This document shows positions 49,901 through 62,240 of a DNA stretch of 64,000 bases, piece by piece. Below the pieces are notes generated by a model, which had not been told where the DNA came from, did not search any database, and saw only the letters and a list, made by a program, of their open reading frames with translations. The position numbers were made by a program, and so were the translations under genes. Every line of letters begins with the position of its first letter. Within the stretch, counting starts at the first letter, position 1. The stretch comes from Azolla caroliniana (Eukaryota; Plantae; Polypodiophyta): the NCBI GenBank assembly GCA_043228905.1, contig JBHGNT010000015.1, positions 19,096,001-19,160,000 on the forward strand, written 5' to 3'.

Positions 49901-50995
49901 TCGGGGGTCTCCACCCACTCCATGAAGTCCCGCTTCGAAAGTCGAAGCGCATCTTCAAGCCCGTATCTTTCGAGGATCCGATCTTCGAACTCCTCCCAGG
50001 TCCGGCTCTCGACCCATACCTCGAGCACCTCCGTATGGATACCCGGCATCGCCACTCGAGGGAACCCGGCTAGACGCCTCTCTTCTGGAATGTCCCTCAT
50101 TACCATCTCAACCCGGTAGGACGCCAAGTAGCTCGTGGCATCCTTTCCACTAAACCGGCCGATCGTACCGACAACCGCCTCGATAGCCCTATCAAGGGCG
50201 CTAGTGCCTTCGCGCACACTCACTATACGGTCTACCGCCGAAGCCATGGCTTCTGCAAGGTCCGACCCCCTCATCTTCTACCCCTCTACCGCCTATTCAC
50301 GTCGGGTTCACCAAATATGTTGCGTCATTACGTGCGTGCGTGGAGAACAAGGCGGGACCACTAGGGTCTTGGACCGAGGAATAGGTGAGAAGAGGGAGAG
50401 AGAGAGAGAGAGAGAGAGAGACGCTCACACACGTATAGACAGAGGAATGCACGGGGACGCGGCCCAACAACACAGGAGACACGAGTTGAGAACACTAGCG
50501 TATGTATATAAATGTATGCAGATGACTCGAACGGCTATAGCTGACCAGGTCAGCGAGGTGGATTCTGACGCCTGATCACCCACGCACACAGGAGAGCAAG
50601 ATGGAGATCCTGCCGGAAGCACACGGGCGTTCCATAGAGCAGGATCAGCCTCCTGAGAACCTGCGCAAAAGAAAGCTATGGAGAATGACAGAGAAGAAGA
50701 GCTCGGTCCCAGTCCGGCAGCACTTCGTCCCCTCTAGCGCGCGATCCCCATCTCTCGCCCCGTCTCCCTCTCCTTTATAGCTCAAGGAGGGAGGCCGTTC
50801 ACCCGTTTACATCACATTAATTCTCTGTCCTTTCAGACAAAGATACTTCTCGATTTCCCCTATAGAATATTGCTACCTAGGATTTAACCTTTGTGCCTAC
50901 CTATCTACTATACAACAAGGGTCGTGCCCATGTGTAAGGGCCGGTTCACACACACTATACACGGTTTGCGCCTGGGGACGGTTTTCTTCACGACA
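43926..50995 (-). mobile_element. Full-length Ty3/gypsy LTR retrotransposon copy 2 (same lineage as 24985-31919), pseudogenised
   Basis: LTRs 43926-44593 and 50318-50995, 4-bp TSD CCGT, 19-nt Trp PBS 50295-50313. Gag with CMWCDAVGHIRKDC knuckle, PR (VDHGS), RT (FLDD), RH, INT (RRWFGPY). Confidence 0.95.
44671..50274 (-). pseudogene. gag-pro / pol coding region of Ty3/gypsy copy 2
   Basis: ORF fragments 49441..50274, 48934..49416, 48148..48864, 46881..47663, 45067..46713 and 44671..44940. Confidence 0.9.
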
Positions 50996-51117
50996 CCGTG
51001 TAGAGGGGTTGAAGCATTTGTACCTTTTTTGCTCCAGTGAGTATCCTACAATGATACATTTCTCCGACTTGGGATCTAGCTTTTGTCGCTTTTCATTGGG
51101 GATGTGCACGTATGCAA

Positions 51118-51642
51118 TGTTAGGAATCGACCAACCACAACCGGTTCCATGTTCGTATTCATGTGCAGAAACCAAGAACTAGTACATAGACAGAAAAACG
51201 TGAAGACACAGAGACACTAATCTTTTACGTGGAAAACCCAAAATGGGAAAAACCACGAGGGTCGACAAACCCTAAGAAACAGATCACTATAGTAGAGAGG
51301 AAGTACAAATACGAAACTCAGAGGCAACGACCTCGAGTTCTCCTTCGTCTGACAGACGGCTACAGAGTTACACTCTCACTCTCTCACTCACGGTTACAGA
51401 GACAACTACCTCATTCTAACTTTACAATAACGATCACTAACTACATCTATTACTAAAGTTTGCCCTAGTTGATTATAAACAAAAGCAACTTTCTGGCTAT
51501 TTGCAAGTATAGCCCCCCATGAGGCATTTTAGACTATTTACAATTATAGTCTTCCGAAACAATTTCGATTTTCGATTTCGATTTCGAGATACTCACCAAC
51601 ACGGTACTTCTCTTCCCATCCGAAGGGACATGCTTCCCAACA
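51118..51642 (-). mobile_element. Solo LTR (525 bp), copia-type, related to the LTRs at 54565/58950
   Basis: TGTT...AACA, TSD TGCAA; shares TTTACGTGGAAAACCC and TTCCCATCC..AGGGAC..CCCAACA motifs. Confidence 0.85.
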
Positions 51643-53413
51643 TGCAATGGAGCCGAATATCCTTACATGGGATAGGTCCGGCTTCTTTCCATAATACTTC
51701 TCATGAGGAGTGACCTCGTGCAGTCCAGATGTTGTGCACCGGTTCATGAGGTAGACATCAGTATTTGTAGCTTCTATCCAATATGACTTGGGCATATGCT
51801 TCTCGTTTAGCATAGCCCTTGCTACTTCAACGATGTGTCAATTCTTGCGTTTAGCTACACTATTCTGTTGTGGTGTGTGTCGGCAAGTGAATTCTCGTCG
51901 AATTCCTTCTTGGCGAAGGTATGTCGTGAATGCATATGAGAAGTATTCCTTTCCTCCATCCGACCCAAGACATCATACATGGTGACCAATTGTCTTTTCA
52001 ATTTCGCTTTTAAAATTTTGAAAGTGTGGAAACACTTCGCTCTTCATTCTCATGGGAAAGATCCACGTGTATCTAGAGAAGTCGTCAATGAAGGTAACAT
52101 AGTACCGACATCCTCTGAATGTGGCCGTCTCTCCCGGTCCCCACACATCCGAGTGGACTACGTCCAATAGGCCTTTGCTCACATTCCTCTCCTTCCGGAA
52201 TGGGTGCCAATGTTTCTTGTCGAATTGGCATGCTCCACATACTCCTTCAATCTCTTTCTCTTTGTACGTCGAAAGTCCAATGACGACTCCTTTCGATTGC
52301 ATCGCCTTGAGTTTGTTGAGATTGATATAGCTGATTCTTTTATGTCATAGCTCTATGTCGTTGTCAGCTTTGAGACCCTTTGCAAATATGGCCAATTTTA
52401 CCTCTTTCGATTCAAGGATAAATGTTCGGCCTTCCCTTCAACCATGAGTAATTAGTCAGCCTTCCTTCTCGATGAAGCAACCACCTTGGTTGAATCGAAC
52501 TTGCATTCCTTGCTCCACAATTTGGCCGATCGAGACCAAAATTTTTGTTATGGTGGGTACATGCAAGACATTTTTGTTACAAGTTTGTTCACCTTCTTTC
52601 CCGAATGGGACATTGTCGACATGCCGAATCGGGTGAGTGGTGTCATCTCCAGTCTCGACATAATCGGGTCGATTTGGCTCTCGAAGGTCTTGGAACCATT
52701 CTTGATGGGACGTCATATGGTTCGAGGCACCAAAGTCGACGAACTATACATCTTCCAGATTTGAGGCATTTGTCGAAGTACAGCCCGACATAGAATTTCT
52801 TCTATGTCTCATCATGAACATTCCGCCATGGTCTTCATAATCGGAGTTGGTGGCGTAATTTGTGAGTTTTCGGCTTGTGGAAGTCAACTCATGCTTCTTC
52901 TTTCGGCACTCTTCTTCATGGTGGCTGAGTATACCATAATATCCAAATTCGATTGGATTGTTTTGTCAGTTTCAACCAACATGGAAACTCCCCCTTCTTC
53001 CAAACGTTCCTCGATTGTTGTCGTGTTCTTGCCTAAATTGGGATTTGTTTTCGTAAGTCAAACCTCGTCCGCCTCCTCCTTGGCCGAATCGGCCACTTGC
53101 TCGGCCATGTCCTCTTCCTTCGTTCGAATGTGTGTAGAGCATGTGTCCTTCCAAGGCATTGCCGTTAGTTCAAACATGATTTTCTTCAACCAATAGCATT
53201 GATTGAAGATCGAAGAAAGAGGGATTCTCCCTTGCTAGAACGGAGGTTCTCATCACGTTAAACCGTGGTGTGAGGCCACCGAGGCATATTTGCACCATCT
53301 CGTCATCATCCACATTGACGCTTATTGAGCCGAGCGAGTCACAAAGCTCCGTGATCTTCAAGGTGTAGCACGTGATGGACATGTCCAGTTGTTGGATGTT
53401 CAAGTCTTGGCGG

Positions 53414-53812
53414 TGTCATGAACACATGACCATTATGGCGTCACTCGAACTTGAACCTCGAACCTTGTAATCCATAATTGAAAACCTCAACCATTAAGAT
53501 AGCTTATTTTCATATGAGAGGATAAAAGCTACTTTTTGTATTAGATTGATTATTGTAAAAACTCTAGATCATTCTAGAACATTATAGAAATCTCTAAGCT
53601 ATTCTATAGGAACCTATAAATAAGGGCATACATGTATTCTCAAATCAATTCGAATCAACACCAGTCTTTAGCTCTCATTGCATATATTGTATCCATTCTC
53701 TTTCTTTCTCTATCTTAATACACCCATTCTTCTCTTAGAATTTCGTTCCTTTCTTCTCGTGTTCCCTTATATCCTTCTTCCATCACTTTATCTTTTATTC
53801 TTGGTTCTGACA
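53414..53812. mobile_element. Solo LTR (399 bp) inserted in the gag of the host copia element
   Basis: TGTCA...TGACA; flanks GGCGG / GGCAA (decayed 5-bp TSD); host gag rejoins as RKLQLRQ. Confidence 0.75.
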
Positions 53813-54340
53813 GGCAAAGTTGAAGCTTTCTTGCGGTTATGTTAGCCGTGAAAATCTTCCTTAGATTCTCCCATGCTTCCTTTGGCGTTGTGGCTTCTCG
53901 AATGTAGCCGAGCATGTGGTCATGAACACATGTCGCCAAGCAATATATTACTCGACTCACCGCTTGCTCCAATGTTGAGTAGTCGGCGTCCTTTGGGTCG
54001 GGTCGATTTTCTTGTGCTTCTTTGATGTAGATCCAATATCCTTGACCGACAAGGTATTGGTGCATCTTGTACTCCCAAGATGCAAAGTTATTTCGATCCA
54101 ACTTCTCGCTAGGGAGAGTGCTCCCCATATGAGTATTCATTGTCGATGAAGCTTTGTTTCTTCTTTTCCTTCTCTCTCGAACACGAGCTATGTAGTCACA
54201 CTACGATAGCGATGAGCCGGTTCTTCTTGAACATTGGCGTAGAACACAACACACGCGGATGGGCTAGATCGAGCTACCAAACCACTCTAATACCATGTAA
54301 TGAATCATGGTATGATTTTGTGCAATGGAATAGATTAGAG

Positions 54341-54387
<47 letters not shown>

Positions 54388-54564
54388 ACAAAGAGAGGAG
54401 AGGAGAGAAACACAAGATAAATAGAAAATAGAATTACTCAAGAAGATTGTATATTACAAAGGAGATTAACTGACTTATTACAAAGTAGGAGGAGGGTGCT
54501 TTATATAGTCACCATGTCTCTTCATTAACTATCAAAGCTCATCGGTCATGGGGAATGTGGAAAC

Positions 54565-57500
54565 TGACGCGAACTACACGTCCCGTATGCGCAACGCTCA
54601 GCCACAACCGAGCTTAGAATCATACACAAAAAAAAAATAGGAATGAATGCACAACACAGTGAAAAAGAAGAGTACATAGGATGTTTACGTGGAAAACCCA
54701 AACTAGGGAAAAAACCACGGCAGCCCACAGGCTGCAAACTATCACTATGTTACAGTGTACAACAGTAAAGCACCGAGGCAACGACCTCTTCCTCTCTCTC
54801 TCTCTCTCTCTGTACATAGTTACGCGCTCTGATCTCGCGCAAACAAGAATGACAACACTCTCTAAAAGTTTGCCCTAAGTCATATTTATACTAATATGAC
54901 TTTTCGGCTATTTACAAATATAGCCATGATGGACTCTTAGAAACCTATTTACGAATATGTCTCTTCATCTAGTGAGCACTCCTCACCGGGTCTGCACCAT
55001 CCGGCTCTCCGTAGCCGGGTACTCCTCATCCGGTTCTCACTGGGTCTGCACCATCCGGCTCTCTGTAGCCGAGTACTCCTCATCTGGTTCTCATCGGGTC
55101 TGCACCATCCGGCACTCCGTAGCCGAGTACTCCTCATCCGGTTTTGGCCTCGGCTGAGTTTGCTCATCAGCACTGTTCTTCTCCCTTCCCATCCAGAGGG
55201 ACCTGTCTCCCAACAAACTCCCCATTCACTCTGGCATGGGGTGTCTTACTAGTCCGATCCGCTTCCGGCATGCATCCAGCTTGTCGGGTATCAACACTTT
55301 GGTCAGCATATCTGACCCGTTCTCAGCCGTGTGGATCTTCGTCAGCGCAAACTCCTGGTCATCTACTCTTTCTCAAATCCAGTGATACCTACGATAGATA
55401 TGCTTTGTCCGGGAATGGTAGGCCGCATTCTTAGCAAGGTGGATGGCACTTTGACTGTTGCAATAGAGCCGATATTCATCTTGTCGTATACCGAGCTCTC
55501 CGATGAAGTCCTTCATCCATAATATTTCCTTGCCGGCTTCCACAGCCGCCATGTACTCCGCCTCCGTGGTTGACAACGCAACCGTCTTCTGCAGTCTCGA
55601 CTGCCACGAAACAGCTCCCCCTGCATATGTCATTACATACCCGGATGTAGATCGGCTGGTATCCACATCAGCCGACATGTCCGAATCGGTGAAACCATCA
55701 AGTTGAGGTTTTCTGGAGCCGAATCGGAGACACATATTGGTAGTGCCCTTCAAGTACCGGAGTATCCATTTGACCGCGTTCCAGTGCTCATTGTCGGGAT
55801 TGCTCATAAACCGGCTCACCACTCCGACTGCGTATCCTATATCTGGTCGGGTACAAACCATTGCGTACATCAAGCTCCCGACGGCAGAGGCATATGGAAA
55901 CTTCATCATATCCGCCTTCTCTGCTTTTGTCTTCGGGCTTTGCTTACCGGATAGCCTGTAGTTTGCCGGAAGTGTCGATCTGACCGGTTTCGCATCTAAC
56001 ATGTTGAACCGCTGAAGCACCTTTGTCACCTACTTCTCCTGTGACAACCACAATTGCTTCATTGACCGGTTCTGAATAATATGCATCCCCAACATCTGTC
56101 TTGCCGAACCCAAGTCTTTCATTGAGAAGGTCCGGTTGAGAGCCTTCTTCAGCATCCGTATTTTGGCTTGGTCCCATCCGACGATCAACATGTCGTCCAC
56201 GTACAGAAGGAGTATCAGGAAGTCGCCTCCTTCGAACTTCTTCACAAACACGCAGTGATCGGCTTGCGTCTTGTGGTACCCTTGATCGGTCATGAAGGAG
56301 TCAAACTTCTGGTACCATTGTCGGGGAGCCTGCTTCAGTCCGTACAGGCTCTTCTTCAACCGGCAAACCAAATGCTCCTTCCCTTTCTCCACAAATCCTT
56401 CCGGTTGCTACATGTAGATCTCCTCTTCAAGGTCACCGTGAAGGAATGCCCGTCTTCATGTTTAGCTGCTCTACCTCGAGGTCCATGCTTGCTGCTATAC
56501 TCAGCACCGTCCGGATGGAGGTCATCTTTACTACCGGGGCAAATATCTCGTCGAAGTCCACGCCCTTCTTCTGCTGGAACCCCTTCACCACGATCCTGAC
56601 TTTGTATCTCGAGGGATTGCCAGCATCTCCCGGTTTCAACTTGTACACCCACTTATTTCGGAGTGCCCGCTTTCCTTTCGGCAATTCCACCAATTCGTAC
56701 GTATGGTTCTCATGCAGGGAATCCATCTCATCCTGCATGGCACTTAACCATTTTCGACTGTGGGTGTCATCCTTCGCTTCTTCGAAGCTTTCCGGCTCCC
56801 CCTCATCGGTCAGCAGAACATGCTCTGCATCCGGAAATCTCCCAGGGGGGCCTTCTCTCTCTGAGAGGATATCTCCGTCTTCGGGCTTCGGTAACCGGCT
56901 CCTCCATTTGCTCTTCATCCGAATCCGATTCGGGGTCTTGTCCGGTTCCGGATTCGGCTTCCTCTACTTCTTCTTTAGCCTGTTCGGTATCCTCCACCGT
57001 AACTGGCTGGTTCCTCGAGTGCTAACCGGTCTCTTGCCGGTTGGGTCTACTCATCGTAGAATCTATCCTTACCGGTCGACTCAAAGTTCATTATCTTCTT
57101 CTCCGACTCCCAGTCGGCGAGCGTCTTGTCCTCCATGAAGATAATATCTCGACTCCGGAATACCTTCTTGTCGACCAGGTCCCACACTCGGTAGCCGAAC
57201 TCATCGTCGTCGTAACCGAGGAATATGCATGGTCGGGTCTTCGGATCTAGTTTTCCTCTCCGGTCCTTAGCTACATGCACATATGCAAGACACCCGAATA
57301 CTTTCAGATGTTGGTAGGACACTTCCTTACCGGTCCAGACTCTCTGTGGCATGTCTCCGTCCAAGGGTACTGAGGGTGATCTGTTTATCACATATGTCGC
57401 CATCGATAGTGCCTCAGTTTTGCATGCGCTAGCATACTCCGAACCCTCTCCATTATGGTCTGGTTCATCCTCTCGGCCAGCCCGTTTAGTTCCGGCGTCT

Positions 57501-59223
57501 TCAGCACGGTGAATTCGAGTCGGATTCCCTTCGAGCGACAGTACTCCTCGAACTGCCCCCGGTATTCACCTCTATTGTCTGCTCGAACCGCCTTCAACTT
57601 CCGGTCGGTTTCTCTTTCCACTCTCGCGTGGAGCTCTTTGAAGACGGATAGCACCTGATCCTTCGTCTTCAATGGTGTGGCCAACAACTTCCGGTTGTGG
57701 TCATCTATGAATGTCACGAAGTACTGCGATCCTGCATGTGACTTCGTGTCCACTTGACACACATCAATATGCACCACCTCCAATGGTGCATTACGTCTCA
57801 TCAGTCGAACCTCCGGAACGTGTCGGACATCCTTCAGCAGCAACTTGCATCCGGTTGGTGTTGTCAGCCACACGTCTCCTATGCCGACAATTCGGCATGT
57901 ACCTTCATTCCCCATCCGGACACAGCCGTGATCACCGGTTGAGTAGGATGAGAAGCATTTCTGGTCCGGGGTAAGGTGGAACGACGCTCCAGAGTCTACC
58001 ACCCAGGTCATCTCGTCGCCGGCAAGGTTTATCTCACTCTCCTCGGTGATGAGCATCAACTCTTCTTCACTTGCCGCGATTGCCGTCGTTCCCTTCTGGT
58101 CCGGCCCCCTCCGGTCTTTACCGTTCCGGTCCGGGGTCCGCTTCGAATCGGTACCGTCGGTCTCCTTGTCTTTTCGGAAATGCCGACAATTCTTCTGGAA
58201 GTGTCCCGGCTTGCCGCAATAGAAGCAAGTAGGCCTCCCCCTTGACTTTGACCGTGTCCCCGACTTTTCCCGGTTTTGGGGACTACGGTTTCTGTGTCTT
58301 CCGCGTTCCGATTTGGTAAGGAGCGATTTGGAGTCGGAGCTCGTATCCTTATCTTTCCAACGCGCCTCCTCATCCAGCAAGCTCGACTTCACTCTTGCTA
58401 GGGATAACCATTTTCCTTCCGGCCCGGCGTTGCCCAAAGTGACAACCAACGTCTCCCAGCTATCCGGGAGGGAACCGAGCAGGAGTAGCGCTAGTACCTC
58501 ATCGGCGAGAGGTACTTCCAATGATGTTGCCTAGTGGATCAACCCCTAGAAGGCATTCATGTGCTCCGCCATGCCGGAGCCATCTTGGTACCAGAGTCTT
58601 ACTAGCTTCCGGAATACTGAAACCTGATTAACAGCATTTTTGTTTTGAAACATAATGTCGATCTTCTCCTAGAGCTCATGAGCCTTGCTCTCTTCATTGA
58701 AGTTGTTGTATAGGCTCATGTCGATGAAGCACCGTATGTGCGCCGTTGTCTTCATGTGCATCACCTCCCATATCGTGGCGTCGATTTTGTCCGGTCTCTT
58801 GTCCCCGAACTGAACCGGCAACCAAATATCTTTAACCACGAGCATGTCCCTCATCTTCGACTTCCACACCGAATAGTTGGAGCCGGTGAGCTTGAACATG
58901 CCTCCCAACGAATCGTCCATTTTCTGTGTCGTTTTGCTCTAATACCACTTGACACAAACTACACGTCCCGTATGCGCAACGCTCGGCCACAACCGAGCTT
59001 AGAATCATACACAAAAAAAAACAGGAATGAATGCACAACACAATGAAAAAGAAGAGTACACTGGATGTTTACGTGGAAAACCCAAACTAGGGAAAAAACC
59101 ATAGCAGCCCACAGGCTGCAAACTATCACTATGTTACAGTGTACAATAGTAAAGCACTGAGGCAACGACCTCGAGCTTTCTATCTTCACCACAAGCGGCG
59201 GTTACAACAGAGGCAACAACCTC

Positions 59224-59277
<54 letters not shown>

Positions 59278-59570
59278 CACAGTTACGCGCTCTGATCTCG
59301 CACAAACAAGAATGACAACACTCTCTAAAAGTTTGCCCTAAGTCATATTTATACTAATATGACTTTTCGGCTATTTACAAATATAGCCACGATGGACTCT
59401 TAGAAACATATTTACGAATATGTCTCTTCATCCGGTGAGCACTCCTCACCGGGTCTGCACCATCCGGCTCTCCGTAGCCGGGTACTCCTCATCCGGTTTC
59501 GGCCTCGGCCGAGTTTGCTCATCAGCACTGTTCTTCTCCCTTCCCATCCAGAGGGACCTGTCTCCCAACA
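54565..59570 (-). mobile_element. Full-length Ty1/copia (Tnt1/Tork-like) element nested in the host 5' LTR, pseudogenised
   Basis: LTRs 54565-55215 and 58950-59570, TSD GAAAC, PBS TGGTATTAGAGC at 58936-58947, PPT after 55215. Motifs CFYCGKPGHFQKNC, WVVDSGAS, NGLAERMN, LYVDDML, GFTDSD, EAEYMA. Confidence 0.95.
55373..58920 (-). pseudogene. gag-pol of the inner copia element (stops, frameshifts, deletion between protease and integrase core)
   Basis: ORF fragments 58669..58920, 57388..58521, 57047..57403, 56433..56918, 56030..56392 and 55373..56029. Confidence 0.9.
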
Positions 59571-60004
59571 GAAACTCACTAGGTATGTGTCATACAATAC
59601 GATTCTATGACACATAGTTAATGCTACAAAAGTAGTGGTGACTTTTGACCTTTGAGTGTTCATACACTCTCAAGGGTGTGTTCACACACTAGACTAGGTT
59701 GAGCTTGATTCTCAACATTGTGGAACATAAAAATTTGCAATTAAGAGCTATAATATAAGATAATTGAATAGGCTCCTTCCTATTTTCTACTTGGCGTTCA
59801 CCAAGTGTCGGTTCCGCCTTAGGAGGGTAGGCAGTTGGTATGGGCCCTCTAACTTCTTTCTGGGGCTTTCCTCTCACTAAAGATCTCACCAGTTTTACCT
59901 GCGGATGGTTGGGACCATAATAAGATAAGAGTTGAAAGGTCCCACTTTGCTTGGCTTGTCGGGATGTCGTTCAATCTTTCATCCCCAATAGAATAGATAG
60001 GTAA

Positions 60005-60815
60005 TGTTACGGGCATGACCATATAATATCCCGTTATCGCGTTGCTACGCGCGTGCGTGGAGAAGGGCGGAACCACGGGGGTCTTGGACTAAGGAGTAGA
60101 GGAGAGAGAAGGAATAGGACATGGAATGGAAGCTTTGCTCAAGAAGAAGAAGAATGAACAAGAGATAGGATCGAACAAGAGGAAGATGGAGACAAGATGA
60201 TCAACAAGATATATAAAAACGAAATGAATGATTACCAAAATGGTGGCCGCATAGGCCGCACCAAACGACTACTCGAAACCCTAACCGACGAAGATGAAGA
60301 TAAAGATAAAGAAACCCTAACCCTAACGCTCGGCCTATGTGGTATACCTCGCACACTCAAAATAGGCAACCCCCACAATGGTGCCTTCCCTCTCCTTTTA
60401 TAGCACAAGGAGGGAAGACCGTTTACCAAAGTGAGACTAAAATATCCCCTTTCATTCAAAAGGGATATTTGCCTTGATTTGGGGAGGGTGAGATTGATGG
60501 CCCCTTAACTCCCACCTCCACACAAACAACTAGGTACCTATGTACCACATAGTACCTCTCTCTCTCTCTCACGTGGATGTGCGCACAAGACCACATCACC
60601 TTTATACCTTAGGGATCTTATGGGGCATTTCTAGCACCATACACTTTACCCTTATTACTATTACAAATACATTATGTACGTGTGCAACGTTGCACATCGC
60701 TCTTTGGCTCTCGTTGCTCGGGTTTCCGCTTGTGGACGAAAATCTTCACGACACCGTGGTGAGAATTTATCGTACTATTCTCACCATGGGATAATATATG
60801 GTCATGCCCGTAACA
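60005..60815. mobile_element. 88-bp hairpin mini-element (TGTTAC...GTAACA, 5-bp TSD GGTAA) interrupted by a solo LTR
   Basis: Removing 60035-60757 gives 39-bp arms (2 mismatches) and a 10-nt loop; TSD at 60000-60004 / 60816-60820. Confidence 0.88.
60035..60753 (-). mobile_element. Solo LTR of the Trp-primed Ty3/gypsy lineage
   Basis: TATCGCG (TG decayed)...CTTCACGACA; start homologous to the LTR at 43926; 4-bp TSD CCGT. Confidence 0.85.
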
Positions 60816-60859
60816 GGTAACCTGCTCTCATGCTTACTATAAACTTTCGTACAATAGTC

Positions 60860-61565
60860 CCATTGTTGACTTGGTCGAGTGGTTTAGGCAATAGACTCGA
60901 AATCTGTTGAGCATTGCTTGCGTAGGTTTGAATCCTACAATCAATGTATTATTATTATGTAACATAAAATTTACGATTTACTTGATGTGTAATAAAAATG
61001 GTAAGTACTTGTACAACATAAATATTGTGATTTACTTGATGTAATAAAACTAGTAAGACGCACCATCTTTGACATGGCCAAGTGGTTAAGGCGATAGATT
61101 CGAAATCTATTGGGCATTGCCTGGATAGGTTCAAATCCTATGGTTGATGCATTATTATTGTGCAATATAAAATTTGTGATTAACCGTTATAGGATACTTG
61201 ATATGTAATAATACAAGAAGCGACATCGTTGACGTGGCCGAGTGGTTAAGGCGATAGACTCGAAATCTATTGGGCATTGCCTGCGTAGGTTCAAATTTTA
61301 CAACGAATGCGTAATTATTGTCCAACATAAAATTTGTGATCAATAGTTGGGATGTAAGATACTTGACGTGTAATAAAAAATGGTTAACCACCATCATTCA
61401 CTTGGTCAAGTGGTTAAGGTGATAGACTTGAAATCTATTGGGATTACTTGCGTAGGTTCAAATCGTACTTGAAATCTATTGGGCATTGCTTGCGTAGGTT
61501 CAAATATTACAGTCAACGCATTATTATTGTGTAAAACATAAAATTTGTGATTAACGCTATAGTGT
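60860..61565 (+). repeat. tRNA-Ser-derived array, final block (4-5 degenerate units)
   Basis: Units at ~60865, 61068, 61228 and 61395 plus a duplicated 3' half. Confidence 0.88.
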
Positions 61566-61969
61566 AAGAATCAAGATACTACGTAATAATTTGTCCAAAA
61601 AGACTCAAACCTTATTTCTCTTTAGGTATTGGCATTCTATGCCATGTAGCAACAAAATGATTATTATTGTGTAAAACATAATATTTGTGATTAACAGGTA
61701 TAGTGTAAGAATCAAGATACTATGTAATAATTTGACCAAAAAGACTCAAACCTTATTTCTCTTTAGGTATTGGCATTCTATGCCATGTAGCAACAAAATG
61801 ACTGCAATATTATAGGTCATTAAATGTCATGTTGATTATCCTTTGGATGATTGGGAGGGACAATTGATGCCATGTAGCAACACAATGATTGCAATATTAT
61901 AGGGTCATTATATGTCTTGTTGATTATCTTTTGGATCAAATTGATAGTAACATTATATTATAGGGTCAT

Positions 61970-62240
61970 TATATGTGTAGGAAAGCATGTGGTAGCATTA
62001 GAGCTACATTAGCATGCAATGAAATTCACAAGGATATTGTACAAAAAGTTGTTGAAATATATTATTTCATTGGTAATACATTAGTAGATATGTAGGCGAA
62101 ATGTGGGTCACTTGCCGAGGCACAGGTAGTATTTCATAGGCTTTCAGCCTAGGAACAAGTTTCTTGGAATGCATGATGATATGCTGAGAATGGGAAATTT
62201 GAGGAAATACTCAATCAATTTCATCAAACGAAGGATCCAT
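61970..62240 (+). pseudogene. PLS-class pentatricopeptide repeat pseudogene fragment
   Basis: Manual translation from 61982: KACGSIRATLACNEIHKDIVQK...FIGNTLVDM*AKCGSLAEAQVVFHRLSA*EQVSWNA**YAENG. Confidence 0.85.

Larger units (their letters stand above)
41613..59717 (-). mobile_element. Ty1/copia LTR retrotransposon (~5.1 kb without nests) hosting four nested insertions
   Basis: LTRs 41613-42000 and 54296-54564 plus 59576-59717, TSD TTGTG, iMet-type PBS TGGTATTAGAGT next to 54296, PPT after 42000. Fragments of gag (53715..54140), PR (52456..52740), INT (VHSDVWGP) and RT/RH (42162..43450, TEAEY). Confidence 0.92.

Noticed and set aside
25175-50622. Many + strand ORFs overlapping the gypsy and copia elements
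   Set aside because: Antisense shadows of GC-rich retroelement coding sequence with no recognisable motifs.
24985-59717. Most LTR elements are antisense to the tRNA array
   Set aside because: Small sample, many are nested and not independent, and there are counter-examples (1-3473, 39006-39826).
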